A DNA stretch of 52,988 bases from Crocinitomicaceae bacterium (GTDB taxonomy: Bacteria; Bacteroidota; Bacteroidia; Flavobacteriales_D; Crocinitomicaceae), in the NCBI GenBank assembly GCA_050300995.1, contig JBNKYR010000001.1:1-52988 (forward strand), in the 5' to 3' direction. The notes below the pieces were generated by a model. That model made no database searches. It worked only from the letters and a program-made list of their open reading frames with translations, and was not told where the DNA came from. This document shows positions 35,521 to 45,219 of the stretch, one piece after another. Position 1 is the first letter of the stretch. The number at the start of each line of letters is the position of its first letter. Made by a program: the position numbers and the translations under genes.

Positions 35521-35540
35521 GTGGTAAAAAGTGGTAGAAA
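35521..35540 (+). promoter_or_regulatory. Proximal pair of GTGGTA boxes at 10-nt spacing (candidate MraZ operator)
   Basis: GTGGTAAAAA GTGGTAGAAA, 30-49 nt upstream of the mraZ ATG. Contains AAAGTGG, similar to the mollicute MraZ box AAAGTG[T/G]. Confidence 0.45.
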
Positions 35541-35569
35541 TCAACTATTTTTACCCCTAATCTATCGTC

Positions 35570-36028
35570 ATGGCAGGCTTGGTTGGAGAATATGAAGTAA
35601 AACTGGACGCGAAAGGTCGCTTCCTGTTTCCTTCCGGATTACGGAAGCAGCTCCCTCCTGCAGGTCAGCGGGATTTCATGTTGAACAAGGGTTTTGAAGA
35701 CTGTCTCACCCTTTTTCCTCTGTCAGAATGGGAAAAAGTCAGTGAGAAACTTTCGAAACTCAATCTTTTCAAACCAAAAAACCGGATGTTTTACCGCTTG
35801 TTCCATCAGGGAGCAAAGCAGATAAGCCTTGACAACGCCGGTCGCGTGTTGATTCCGGTCACACATATGGAACGTGTTGGTTTGAAACAAGAGGCAATGC
35901 TCATTGCCTACAACGACAGAATTGAAATCTGGGACAAAGCGAAGTACTTTGAAATGATCGAAGGCTCCATGACGGATTTTGCTGATTTGGCAGATGAAGT
36001 AATGGGAGACACCGATCATGACGAATAA
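35570..36028 (+). CDS. mraZ: Transcriptional regulator MraZ
   Basis: Two SpoVT/AbrB-like halves with DxxGR motifs (LDAKGRFLFP; LDNAGRVLIP). 152 aa, first gene of the dcw operon. Confidence 0.95.
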   Translation: MAGLVGEYEVKLDAKGRFLFPSGLRKQLPPAGQRDFMLNKGFEDCLTLFPLSEWEKVSEKLSKLNLFKPKNRMFYRLFHQGAKQISLDNAGRVLIPVTHMERVGLKQEAMLIAYNDRIEIWDKAKYFEMIEGSMTDFADLADEVMGDTDHDE

Positions 36029-36935
36029 TCCAACATACCACGTCCCCGTAATGCTTCAGGAATGCCTTGAAGCATTAAACATCAACCCTGACGGAACGTA
36101 TGTAGATGTCACCTTTGGTGGTGGCGGTCATTCCCGTGCCATTTTCGAACGACTTTCCGACAAGGGACGACTGATTGCTTTTGACCAGGACCCCGATGCA
36201 GCCGCCAACACCTGGGAAGCTCCAAACTTCGATTTTGTGCCAGCCAACTTTGCTTTTTTTGCCAATCACCTGAAGCTAATGGGAATCCGTTCAGTAGATG
36301 GCATTCTGGCAGACCTGGGTGTTTCTTCCCACCAGTTTGACGAAGCAAGTCGCGGATTTTCCTTCCGTGCTGATGCCAAATTAGACATGCGAATGAATCA
36401 GAAAGCCGATGTATCCGCAGCCAATATCATCAACAACTACGAGGAAGAAACCCTGATTCGTCTGTTCCGCACCTATGGAGAAATCCCCAATGCCGGAAAA
36501 CTGGCTCGCAGCATTGTTTCTGCACGAACATCTCGACCTGTAAAAACAACCGGACAACTGCTGGAGATCATTGAGCCCTGTGCACCGAAACACAAGGAAC
36601 ACAAGTACTACGCACAGGTATTTCAGGCACTTCGGATTGAAGTCAACGACGAAATGCAGGCGCTCGAAAATTTCCTGAAACAATGCAGTGAAATACTGGC
36701 TCCCGGAGGACGCCTGGTCATTATGTCGTACCACTCACTGGAAGATCGTATGGTGAAGAATTTCATGAAGCGTGGCTCGGTGAGCGGAGAAATCGAAAAG
36801 GATTTCTACGGCAACCTTATCAAAGATTTTTCAGAGGTGATCCGTCACCCTCTGACTGCAAGTGAAGAAGAAATAAACCAAAATAACAGGGCACGCAGTG
36901 CCAAACTCAGAATAGCCGAACGCAATGGAAAATGA
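36018..36935 (+). CDS. rsmH: 16S rRNA (cytosine1402-N4)-methyltransferase RsmH
   Basis: YHVPVMLQECLEAL, DVTFGGGGHS, DLGVSSHQFD, SYHSLEDR. Confidence 0.95.
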   Translation: MTNNPTYHVPVMLQECLEALNINPDGTYVDVTFGGGGHSRAIFERLSDKGRLIAFDQDPDAAANTWEAPNFDFVPANFAFFANHLKLMGIRSVDGILADLGVSSHQFDEASRGFSFRADAKLDMRMNQKADVSAANIINNYEEETLIRLFRTYGEIPNAGKLARSIVSARTSRPVKTTGQLLEIIEPCAPKHKEHKYYAQVFQALRIEVNDEMQALENFLKQCSEILAPGGRLVIMSYHSLEDRMVKNFMKRGSVSGEIEKDFYGNLIKDFSEVIRHPLTASEEEINQNNRARSAKLRIAERNGK

Positions 36936-37359
36936 ATTTCTGGACCGATCGCAGCTTGACGAGCAAAACGCTGCGGAAGAAAAAAAGAAGAAAAAGAAAA
37001 AAGAGAAGAAGCCACGCAAGGAAAAAGCCAACCCGGGCAAACCGAATGCTTTTATCCAGATCCTGAACGGAGACTTCCTGACGCGTGAGTTCATCCTCAA
37101 CAACCTCAACTTCATCTTTTTCATCATGCTCCTGCTATTGCTGATAGTAGCAAAAGGTTATTACGGAAAACAACTGACTGCCGATGTACTGAAAACCCAG
37201 AAGGAACTGGATGTAATCACTTCGGATTATTTCGAAGCGAAGGCCAAACTGGAAGAAGACACACGACGACTGGAGCTGGTTCGAAAACTGGAATCCTCCG
37301 GACTGAAAGAAACAGTAAACCCAACAAAGGTGATCCGAATCAAAAAAGACGATGAGTAA
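36925..37359 (+). CDS. ftsL: FtsL-like cell-division protein (Bacteroidota type) with poly-Lys N-terminus
   Basis: ILNGDFLTREFILNNL motif, a single TM, then a coiled coil. Sits between rsmH and ftsI. Confidence 0.7.
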   Translation: MENEFLDRSQLDEQNAAEEKKKKKKKEKKPRKEKANPGKPNAFIQILNGDFLTREFILNNLNFIFFIMLLLLLIVAKGYYGKQLTADVLKTQKELDVITSDYFEAKAKLEEDTRRLELVRKLESSGLKETVNPTKVIRIKKDDE

Positions 37360-39466
37360 ACGAAAGGACATATACTGGCGTGCTTACCTGGTTTACTTCG
37401 GGTTTGCCATCGTGATGCTCGTCGTGCTTGCAAAAACCATCGGCTTGCAAATCGATCACGCGGAAACCACTTTCATGGCGTCGAGCGACGGACAGGACAA
37501 AATGCCTACCCGCACGGTAAAAAGAACCCCGCGTCGCGGACAAATTCTCGACGCGAATTACACCCCATTGGTTACTTCTGTTTCCTTCTATGATGTTCAC
37601 ATGGACCCGACTGTTGTAGAGCAAAGCATCTTTGACGCTGAAATTTCTGCCCTCAGTCGCGAACTGGCTAAAATGTACCCGAACAAGACTGCTCACGAAT
37701 ATGAAGTATACATCCGTGACGGTCGTCAACGCGGCGCCCGATACCTCTTGATCCGCAAGATGGTCACCAGCGAAGAACGCAAACGTCTGCGCGAAATGCC
37801 CATTTTTGAGCTTGGACGTCTGAAAGGAGGCATCATTGACAATCAGGAAACGATCATCCGCAAGTTACCTCACGGAGAATTGATGCGACGTACCCTTGGT
37901 TATGTCAAGGAACTGGACAACGGAAAAATCCTGAAAGTCGGTATCGAAGGAGCTTATGACGAATACCTGCGTGGCGAAGAAGGTGAAGAGATCGAGCAAA
38001 AGATCTCCAATGGATGGAAGAAGATCGGGCCGGTAACAAAAGAAGCCGTAGAAGGCGCCAACGTAGTAACCACCATTGACAAAGAAATTCAGGAAGTTGC
38101 ACATTCCGAGCTACTGAACCAACTGAAAACACAGGAAGCCCGCAACGGCTGTGTCATCGTGATGGATGTGAAGACGGGTTACGTAAAAGCGATCGTAAAC
38201 CTGACACGCGGAAGCGACGGCGAGTACTACGAAATGTACAACCAGGCCATCGGGATCAAAGAAGTACCCGGGTCCACATTCAAGCTTGCCTCTCTCATGG
38301 CTGCACTTGAAGACGGGAAGGTCACGATCAGGGACAAAGTCAATGCGAGCGGAGTTTACCGTTTCTACGACCTCAAACTGGAGGATTCCAATCACGGTTA
38401 CGGTTACGGCGAAATCACCGTTCAGGAAGCTTTTGAAAAATCATCGAATGTCTTCTCCAAAATCATCAACGACGCCTACAAAAGCGAACCTCAAGCCTAC
38501 ATCGACCGTTTAAAGAGCTTCGGGCTCGCAGATTCACTGGGACTCGCACTTGCCGGAGAACCACGGCCTACAATGCACGAGCCAGGTACAGGCCAATGGT
38601 ATGGTACATCCCTGCCATGGATGGCTATCGGATACGAATTCCTGCAGACACCAATGCAGACACTTGCATTTTACAATGCAGTAGCCAACAACGGAACGCT
38701 GGTTCGACCACAATTTGTAAAAGAAATTCGCCGTGGGAATGAAGTGATCAAAACCTTCCCTCCCGAGATCATCAATCCAAAGATCTGCTCAGACAAAACC
38801 CTGAAAGACGTTCAGGAATGCCTGGAAGGAGTGGTAAAACGTGGAACAGGCTCCGCACTTCAATCCGCCTATTTTGACATTGCCGGGAAAACAGGAACCG
38901 CACTCGTACTGAACGAGGATCAGCGCTACGGGGAAAACGGCGAAAAGAAATACCAGGCCTCCTTTGCCGGATATTTCCCGGCCAACGACCCCATTTACTC
39001 GTGCATTGTAGTGATCTCTGCACCGACTCACGAGATCTACGGAGCAAAGGTCTCGGGAACGGTATTCTCAGCCATTGCCAACAAGGTTTACGCATCCAGC
39101 CTGCAGTACCACAATCCGGTGAACCGGGGACAAACCTCCGCCGACCGTATTCCTATCTCGCTGGACGGGAACCGTTTCGATCTGCTGACCTCCTACAGAG
39201 CCCTGAACATCCCTTTCAAATCGGATACAGACAGCAAGTGGGTGCATACAGCCGCAGTTGAAGAACGCGTGGAAGTCAGCCGACGTTCCGCAGACAAAAC
39301 CAAAGTGCCGGATGTACGAGGAATGTCCGCCAAAGACGCTGTATACCTTATCGAAAGCACAGGTATGTCAGCACGTGTAGAAGGCTACGGACGAGTTGTT
39401 AAACAATCCATTAAACCGGGAACCACTCCACAGGCAGGTGTGGTTGTCGTACTCACATTGAAATGA
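37352..39466 (+). CDS. ftsI: Penicillin-binding protein (FtsI/PBP3 class B transpeptidase) with C-terminal PASTA domain
   Basis: Motifs PGSTFK (SxxK), SSN and KTGT. PASTA-like segment VPDVRGMSAKDAVYLIESTGMSARVEGYGRVVKQSIKPG. Confidence 0.9.
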   Translation: MSKRKDIYWRAYLVYFGFAIVMLVVLAKTIGLQIDHAETTFMASSDGQDKMPTRTVKRTPRRGQILDANYTPLVTSVSFYDVHMDPTVVEQSIFDAEISALSRELAKMYPNKTAHEYEVYIRDGRQRGARYLLIRKMVTSEERKRLREMPIFELGRLKGGIIDNQETIIRKLPHGELMRRTLGYVKELDNGKILKVGIEGAYDEYLRGEEGEEIEQKISNGWKKIGPVTKEAVEGANVVTTIDKEIQEVAHSELLNQLKTQEARNGCVIVMDVKTGYVKAIVNLTRGSDGEYYEMYNQAIGIKEVPGSTFKLASLMAALEDGKVTIRDKVNASGVYRFYDLKLEDSNHGYGYGEITVQEAFEKSSNVFSKIINDAYKSEPQAYIDRLKSFGLADSLGLALAGEPRPTMHEPGTGQWYGTSLPWMAIGYEFLQTPMQTLAFYNAVANNGTLVRPQFVKEIRRGNEVIKTFPPEIINPKICSDKTLKDVQECLEGVVKRGTGSALQSAYFDIAGKTGTALVLNEDQRYGENGEKKYQASFAGYFPANDPIYSCIVVISAPTHEIYGAKVSGTVFSAIANKVYASSLQYHNPVNRGQTSADRIPISLDGNRFDLLTSYRALNIPFKSDTDSKWVHTAAVEERVEVSRRSADKTKVPDVRGMSAKDAVYLIESTGMSARVEGYGRVVKQSIKPGTTPQAGVVVVLTLK

Positions 39467-39467
39467 T

Positions 39468-40928
39468 ATGCAGGACCTGAAAGACATATTGTACGGTGTA
39501 AAAATCCTGGCGGTCAGTGGCGGAACCGACGCACAGACTGACCATCTGACCTTTGATTCGCGTGAAGCAAGGGCCGGATCCGTATTCTTTGCCATTGAAG
39601 GAAGTGCACGCGACGGGCACGATTTCATCCCTCAGGTGATGGAGGCCGGATGCCGCATTTTGATTGTATCGAAAGAAGTCGAAGCACCAGAGGACTGCCA
39701 TGTTATTCGCGTAGAAAACACCAATCAAGCCCTGGCGATCATGGCCAGCAATTTCTACGGCGAACCTTCGAAAGAACTGAAACTGATTGGTGTAACCGGT
39801 ACCAACGGCAAGACCACCATTGCTACATTGCTCTACACCTTGTTCACGCAACTCGGCTATCAGTGCGGGCTACTATCTACAGTGGTCAACAAAGTCTGCA
39901 ACCGCGATGTCCCGGCTACACACACAACACCCGACCCCATCCACCTGAACGCCCTGCTCCGTGAAATGGTCGATGAAGGATGTTCTCACTGCTTCATGGA
40001 AGTAAGTTCGCATGCCATCCACCAACACCGCATCGGTGGTTTGCACTTTGCCGGCGGAGCATTTACCAATATCACACACGACCACCTGGATTACCACAAA
40101 ACATTCAAGGAGTACATTCAGGTGAAGAAAGCTTTCTTTGACGGCCTTCCGAAAAGCGCCTTCGCCCTGACCAACCTTGACGATAAGAACGGCGAAGTCA
40201 TGCTGCAAAACACCGTCGCAAGAAAGCGCACATATGCACTGAAGTCAATGGCCGATTACCGCGCAAAGGTACTTGAGAACCAATTCTCCGGACTTGTCAT
40301 GACGATCAACGGAAAAGAATTGTGGACCAAACTCATCGGCGACTTCAATGCTTACAACCTGCTGGCCGTGTATGCCATCGCTATTGAACTCGGAGAAGAC
40401 GAAACCGATATTCTGACCGAACTAAGCAAGCTCAACGCGGTTGACGGACGTTTCCAGTTTTTCCGGAGTGAGGGCGGCATCACTGCCATTGTAGACTACG
40501 CACACACCCCGGACGCACTAATGAACGTGTTGAAGACCATTGAGAACATCCGCACGAAAAACGAAAATGTATTCACTGTGGTGGGCTGTGGTGGCGACCG
40601 AGACAAGACCAAGCGTCCGGAAATGGCTTCCATTGCCTGCAAACTGTCCGACAAGGTGATCCTCACTTCCGACAATCCACGTTCAGAAGATCCGAACGCG
40701 ATCATCCAGGACATGATGGCCGGTGTGGACGCCGTGAGCTTCAAGAAAACACTCTCCATCGTCGATCGCGAGCAAGCTATCAAAACAGCTGTAGCGATGG
40801 CGAATCCCCACGATATTATCCTCATTGCCGGGAAGGGCCATGAGAAATACCAGGAAATCAAAGGCGTAAAACACGACTTCGACGACCTGGCCATTGTTCA
40901 GGAACTCTTTAAACAACTTCAGAAATAA
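39468..40928 (+). CDS. murE: UDP-N-acetylmuramoyl-L-alanyl-D-glutamate--2,6-diaminopimelate ligase
   Basis: [11 protein letters not shown]-loop. DNPR motif ([11 protein letters not shown]) indicating meso-DAP specificity. Confidence 0.95.
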   Translation: MQDLKDILYGVKILAVSGGTDAQTDHLTFDSREARAGSVFFAIEGSARDGHDFIPQVMEAGCRILIVSKEVEAPEDCHVIRVENTNQALAIMASNFYGEPSKELKLIGVTGTNGKTTIATLLYTLFTQLGYQCGLLSTVVNKVCNRDVPATHTTPDPIHLNALLREMVDEGCSHCFMEVSSHAIHQHRIGGLHFAGGAFTNITHDHLDYHKTFKEYIQVKKAFFDGLPKSAFALTNLDDKNGEVMLQNTVARKRTYALKSMADYRAKVLENQFSGLVMTINGKELWTKLIGDFNAYNLLAVYAIAIELGEDETDILTELSKLNAVDGRFQFFRSEGGITAIVDYAHTPDALMNVLKTIENIRTKNENVFTVVGCGGDRDKTKRPEMASIACKLSDKVILTSDNPRSEDPNAIIQDMMAGVDAVSFKKTLSIVDREQAIKTAVAMANPHDIILIAGKGHEKYQEIKGVKHDFDDLAIVQELFKQLQK

Positions 40929-42175
40929 TGCTCTATTACCTGTTTGATTATCTCGACTCATTGAATTTTCCCGGAGCAGGACTTTTCCACTACATCTCTT
41001 TCCGGGCCGGAATGGCTTTGATCACTTCCCTGATCGTTTCCATGCTGTTCGGAAAGCGAATTATCCGCCTGCTTCAGAAACAACAGATCGGAGAAACCGT
41101 ACGTGATCTCGGTCTGGAAGGTCAATTGCAAAAAGCCGGAACTCCTACCATGGGAGGACTCATTATTCTGGCAGCGATTCTGATCCCAACACTGTTGTTC
41201 GCCAAGCTCGACAACATCTATGTAATCACCATGTTGCTGGCTACGGTATGGCTGGGCATGATCGGCTTCATTGACGATTACATCAAAGTATTCAAGAAAA
41301 ACAAAGAAGGTCTCGCCGGAAAATTTAAAGTAGTCGGCCAGGTTGGCGTGGGACTGATCGTCGGGTGCATCCTCTACTTCCACCCGGATATTCAGGTACA
41401 CAAGAATGTGCCTGCCAATTATGTGCTGCAACCCGGAGAAGAACTGGTAACCAATATGCACGCCGACATGGATGAAGGAGATGATTCCAAATGGATCGTA
41501 ACAGACGATATGACCACGACGATCCCATTCATCAAAAACAACGAATTCAATTACAACTGGCTGATCGGCGACTGGGCCAAAAAATACGGGTGGATGCTGT
41601 TCATCCCGGTGGTCATCTTCATTGTCATCGCCGTATCAAACGGAGCCAACATGACCGACGGACTCGATGGGCTCGCCACAGGAACCTCAGCCGTGATCGG
41701 GATCGCGCTTGCCATCCTTGCGTATGTGAGTACCAATGTCAAATTCGCCGATTACCTGGATGTTATGTACATCCCGATGGCAGAAGAACTCGTGATCTTC
41801 ATTGCAGCCTTTGTTGGAGCCTGTGTCGGATTCCTTTGGTACAATTCCTTCCCGGCTCAGGTATTTATGGGCGACACCGGAAGTCTTGCGCTCGGAGGGA
41901 TCATAGCCGTATTTGCGATCTCCATCCGTAAAGAATTACTCATTCCGGTACTCTGTGGTGTATTCCTGATCGAAAACCTTTCAGTAGTTCTCCAGGTCGG
42001 TTACTTCAAATACACCAAGAAAAAATTCGGTGAGGGCCGGCGCATCTTTCGCATGGCACCACTGCACCACCATTACCAAAAGAAAGGATTGCACGAAGCC
42101 AAGATCGTTTCACGCTTCTGGATCGTCGCCATTCTGCTGGCCGTAGTCACCATCGTAACCCTGAAAGTCCGTTAA
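40928..42175 (+). CDS. mraY: Phospho-N-acetylmuramoyl-pentapeptide transferase
   Basis: Polytopic. [38 protein letters not shown]. Confidence 0.95.
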   Translation: MLYYLFDYLDSLNFPGAGLFHYISFRAGMALITSLIVSMLFGKRIIRLLQKQQIGETVRDLGLEGQLQKAGTPTMGGLIILAAILIPTLLFAKLDNIYVITMLLATVWLGMIGFIDDYIKVFKKNKEGLAGKFKVVGQVGVGLIVGCILYFHPDIQVHKNVPANYVLQPGEELVTNMHADMDEGDDSKWIVTDDMTTTIPFIKNNEFNYNWLIGDWAKKYGWMLFIPVVIFIVIAVSNGANMTDGLDGLATGTSAVIGIALAILAYVSTNVKFADYLDVMYIPMAEELVIFIAAFVGACVGFLWYNSFPAQVFMGDTGSLALGGIIAVFAISIRKELLIPVLCGVFLIENLSVVLQVGYFKYTKKKFGEGRRIFRMAPLHHHYQKKGLHEAKIVSRFWIVAILLAVVTIVTLKVR

Positions 42176-43522
42176 TTGAAGCCAACCCCGGGACATATCG
42201 TCATTTTGGGCGCCGGTGAAAGCGGTGTCGGGACAGCCATCCTTGCGAAGAAGGAAGGCTGGAATGTTTTTGTTTCCGATTTCGGAAACATTGCTCCTGA
42301 ACACAAGAAAGCACTGCAAGCGCTAGACGTAGAATGGGAAGAAGGTCAGCATACCATGGACCGGATCCTCGAAGCGACACTTTGTGTGAAGTCACCGGGT
42401 ATTCCGGAAACAGCACCTCCCGTAAAAGCATTGCTCGAAAAGGGAATAAACGTCATTTCAGAAATCGAATTTGCAGGATTCTACAACACGGCTAAAACGA
42501 TCTGCATCACAGGCAGCAATGGAAAAACGACCACTACCCTGCTTACGCATCACATCCTGAAAAAAGCAGGAATTAATGCAGGACTGGCCGGCAACATCGG
42601 CGAAAGTTTTGCCAAGCAGGTAGCGCGGGAGAATTATGACTGGTATGTACTCGAACTGAGCTCCTTCCAACTTGACGGCATGTACGATTTCCGTGCAGAT
42701 ATTGCCATCCTCCTGAACGTTACGCCGGATCATCTCGACCGCTACAATAACGATATGCAGCAATACGCAGATTCAAAAATGCGTGTTGTGCAGAACCAAA
42801 CGGAAAACGACTGGTTCATCTACAACTACGACGATCCGATCATTCGGAAAGAAGTCGAAAAACGCAACATCCCATCACGCAAGGCACCTTTCTCCATCAG
42901 GGAAGAAATCCCCTTCGGCGGGTATGTCAACAGCAAGGAACAAATAACAATAAATATAAACCAAACGTTCACTATGTCAATTCACGATTTAGCCCTAAAA
43001 GGCAAGCACAACACTCAGAATTCGCTGGCTTCCGGCATCGCATCCCGAATTCTCGAGATTCGAAAGGAAGCTGTACGCGAAAGTCTCTCCGACTTCGTCA
43101 ACGTGGAACACCGTCTCGAATTTGTTGCCAAAGTACACGGCATCGAGTTCATCAACGATTCCAAAGCGACGAATGTAAACTCCACCTGGTTCGCACTGGA
43201 AAGCATGGACAAACCTACCGTATGGATCGTAGGAGGTGTCGACAAAGGCAATGACTACACCGAATTACTTCCATTGGTACGCGACAAGGTAAAAGCAATT
43301 ATCTGCCTCGGCAAAGAGAACTCCAAGATCATCGAAAGTTTCCGCAACGACATTGAAACAATTGTGGAAGCAAGCACAGCAATGGAAGCAGTTGCTTACG
43401 GTTACCGTCTTGCCAAAAAGAACGAAACTGTACTCCTGTCTCCGGCTTGTGCTAGCTTTGATCTCTTCGAGAACTACGAGCACCGCGGAAACGAATTCAA
43501 AAAAGCAGTAAGAGCACTTTAA
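42176..43522 (+). CDS. murD: UDP-N-acetylmuramoylalanine--D-glutamate ligase
   Basis: TTG start directly after the mraY TAA. ILGAGESG Rossmann motif, ITGSNGKTTT P-loop, NDSKATN. Confidence 0.9.
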   Translation: MKPTPGHIVILGAGESGVGTAILAKKEGWNVFVSDFGNIAPEHKKALQALDVEWEEGQHTMDRILEATLCVKSPGIPETAPPVKALLEKGINVISEIEFAGFYNTAKTICITGSNGKTTTTLLTHHILKKAGINAGLAGNIGESFAKQVARENYDWYVLELSSFQLDGMYDFRADIAILLNVTPDHLDRYNNDMQQYADSKMRVVQNQTENDWFIYNYDDPIIRKEVEKRNIPSRKAPFSIREEIPFGGYVNSKEQITININQTFTMSIHDLALKGKHNTQNSLASGIASRILEIRKEAVRESLSDFVNVEHRLEFVAKVHGIEFINDSKATNVNSTWFALESMDKPTVWIVGGVDKGNDYTELLPLVRDKVKAIICLGKENSKIIESFRNDIETIVEASTAMEAVAYGYRLAKKNETVLLSPACASFDLFENYEHRGNEFKKAVRAL

Positions 43523-43992
43523 TGGAAAAGAAAACCGAGCAACTGAATTTGGAGCAACAACTGCTTCAGGCACGTGAGCGCGGACTTCGGGAAGCCTCCC
43601 AGATACACGCCATGAAAGCCCATGGAAAGGTACTTGGCATGGACACCTTCTCCTGGGTAAATCCGGACCTGAACGCACTAACTACAGTGATCAGTTCCTT
43701 CCCTTTTGCTGTGCATTGGGTAGGCGAGCACGAGCAGATCCAACGCTCCCTGAAATTACATCCCGCACTGGTCGACAACCTGCAATCACTGATTGTATAC
43801 GATCACGAACTGGTTGATGTTCCCCGGGAACTGCTGGCAGCAATCCCTAACGTTGCCTGCCTCGAAGGAACGATTGAAGCCCTGGGGCTGCTAAAGGCAA
43901 TGCAGAAGGAAAAGAGTGTTTTCCTGTTCACCTCGAGTGAAGACGAGGACCGGCAAGCCATTTTTGAAACATTCATTGAGGTTCACAAATAA
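43522..43992 (+). CDS. Hypothetical 156-aa soluble protein embedded in the dcw operon (no family assignable)
   Basis: TAATG overlap with murD, and its stop is directly followed by the ftsW ATG. No TM or signal peptide. Helical charged N-terminus MEKKTEQLNLEQQLLQARERGLREASQ. Confidence 0.6.
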   Translation: MEKKTEQLNLEQQLLQARERGLREASQIHAMKAHGKVLGMDTFSWVNPDLNALTTVISSFPFAVHWVGEHEQIQRSLKLHPALVDNLQSLIVYDHELVDVPRELLAAIPNVACLEGTIEALGLLKAMQKEKSVFLFTSSEDEDRQAIFETFIEVHK

Positions 43993-45216
43993 ATGCATGT
44001 ACTCCTCAAATATCTGAAAGGTGATCGGGTGATCTGGGTGATCACATTGTTGATGCTGGCGTTCTCATTGGTCAGCGTCTACAGCTTTGTCCCTATCCTC
44101 ATCAAGATGGAAGGCGGCACTCCTTTCAAGTATTTGTTCAAGCACCTCATCTATGTATTTATCGGGCTGGGCGTCATGTACTGGGTCCATCGCAAGGACC
44201 CGAAATACGTGTCTATGCTCTCCAAATTCGGCTTCTATCTTGGTATTGCCCTGCTGATCTTCACCTTCTTCTTCGGAACGCGGGTGAACAACGCCGGGCG
44301 CTGGGTGCAAATCCCGTTTGTCGGACTCACATTCCAATCGTCTGATTTTGCAAAACTGGCCCTGCTCATTTATGTATCGCGTCTGCTCGTAAAAAAGGAA
44401 AAGCTCCTCAACAACTGGAAAGAAGGCTTCTGGCCGGTAGTTATCCCCATTATTGTTATTTGTGGATTGATTGTGAAGGATAACTTCTCGACTGCTGCCA
44501 TCCTGTTTGCAATTTGCCTGACGCTCTTATTCCTTGGCAAGGTGCCATTCATGAAAGTTGCCGCATTGATCGGAGGAGGAATCGGGTTACTGGCTTTTAT
44601 TGTGCTCATTCACAAAGCCGCGCCCGACCTCAACCTGCTTCCTCGTTATGAAACCTGGGAGAACCGAATCTTCAACCGGATCAACGACGACCAGAATGTA
44701 ATCGACAACGCACAGGCACTGAACGCTCAACTTGCCATTTACAACGGACGTATTAACTGGACAGATGCTGGCGACCGTCACCTGCTCGGAGGCCAGGGAG
44801 TAGGCGACGGCGAACTAAAGGAATACCTGCCCGAAGCCTATGCCGATTTCTACTACTCCAGCTTTGTCGAGGAAATGGGACCAATCGCTGCCGGAATCCT
44901 GATCCTGCTCTACCTGATTCTACTCTACAGGATCATGCGGATCGGACTCAATGCTGACAACATGTTCGATACCTATGTCTGCATCTCCATCGGCATCCTC
45001 ATACTCAGTCAGGCCAGTGTAAACATGCTGGTGTGCACCGGCATCTTTCCTGTAACGGGACAAAACATGCCTTTACTTGCCATGGGAGGATCAGCCCTGA
45101 TCATGACCTGCCTTGCATTAGGCATTGTTCAGAGTATTGCCAACAAACAATTGTCAGGGAAAGAAAACGATAACCACAGTGAAGAGGAGTCTGAAGTCAT
45201 CCTCGAAAACGTTTAA
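43993..45216 (+). CDS. ftsW: SEDS-family peptidoglycan polymerase FtsW
   Basis: About ten TM helices, QSSDFAKLAL, TGQNMPLLAMGGSA near the C-terminus. Lies between murD and murG. Confidence 0.9.
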   Translation: MHVLLKYLKGDRVIWVITLLMLAFSLVSVYSFVPILIKMEGGTPFKYLFKHLIYVFIGLGVMYWVHRKDPKYVSMLSKFGFYLGIALLIFTFFFGTRVNNAGRWVQIPFVGLTFQSSDFAKLALLIYVSRLLVKKEKLLNNWKEGFWPVVIPIIVICGLIVKDNFSTAAILFAICLTLLFLGKVPFMKVAALIGGGIGLLAFIVLIHKAAPDLNLLPRYETWENRIFNRINDDQNVIDNAQALNAQLAIYNGRINWTDAGDRHLLGGQGVGDGELKEYLPEAYADFYYSSFVEEMGPIAAGILILLYLILLYRIMRIGLNADNMFDTYVCISIGILILSQASVNMLVCTGIFPVTGQNMPLLAMGGSALIMTCLALGIVQSIANKQLSGKENDNHSEEESEVILENV

Positions 45217-45219
45217 GGC

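Noticed and set aside
41491-41931. 146-aa Arg/His-rich plus-strand ORF inside mraY (alternative frame)
   Set aside because: It is out of frame with the well-supported mraY reading frame, and its composition is a frame-shift artefact.
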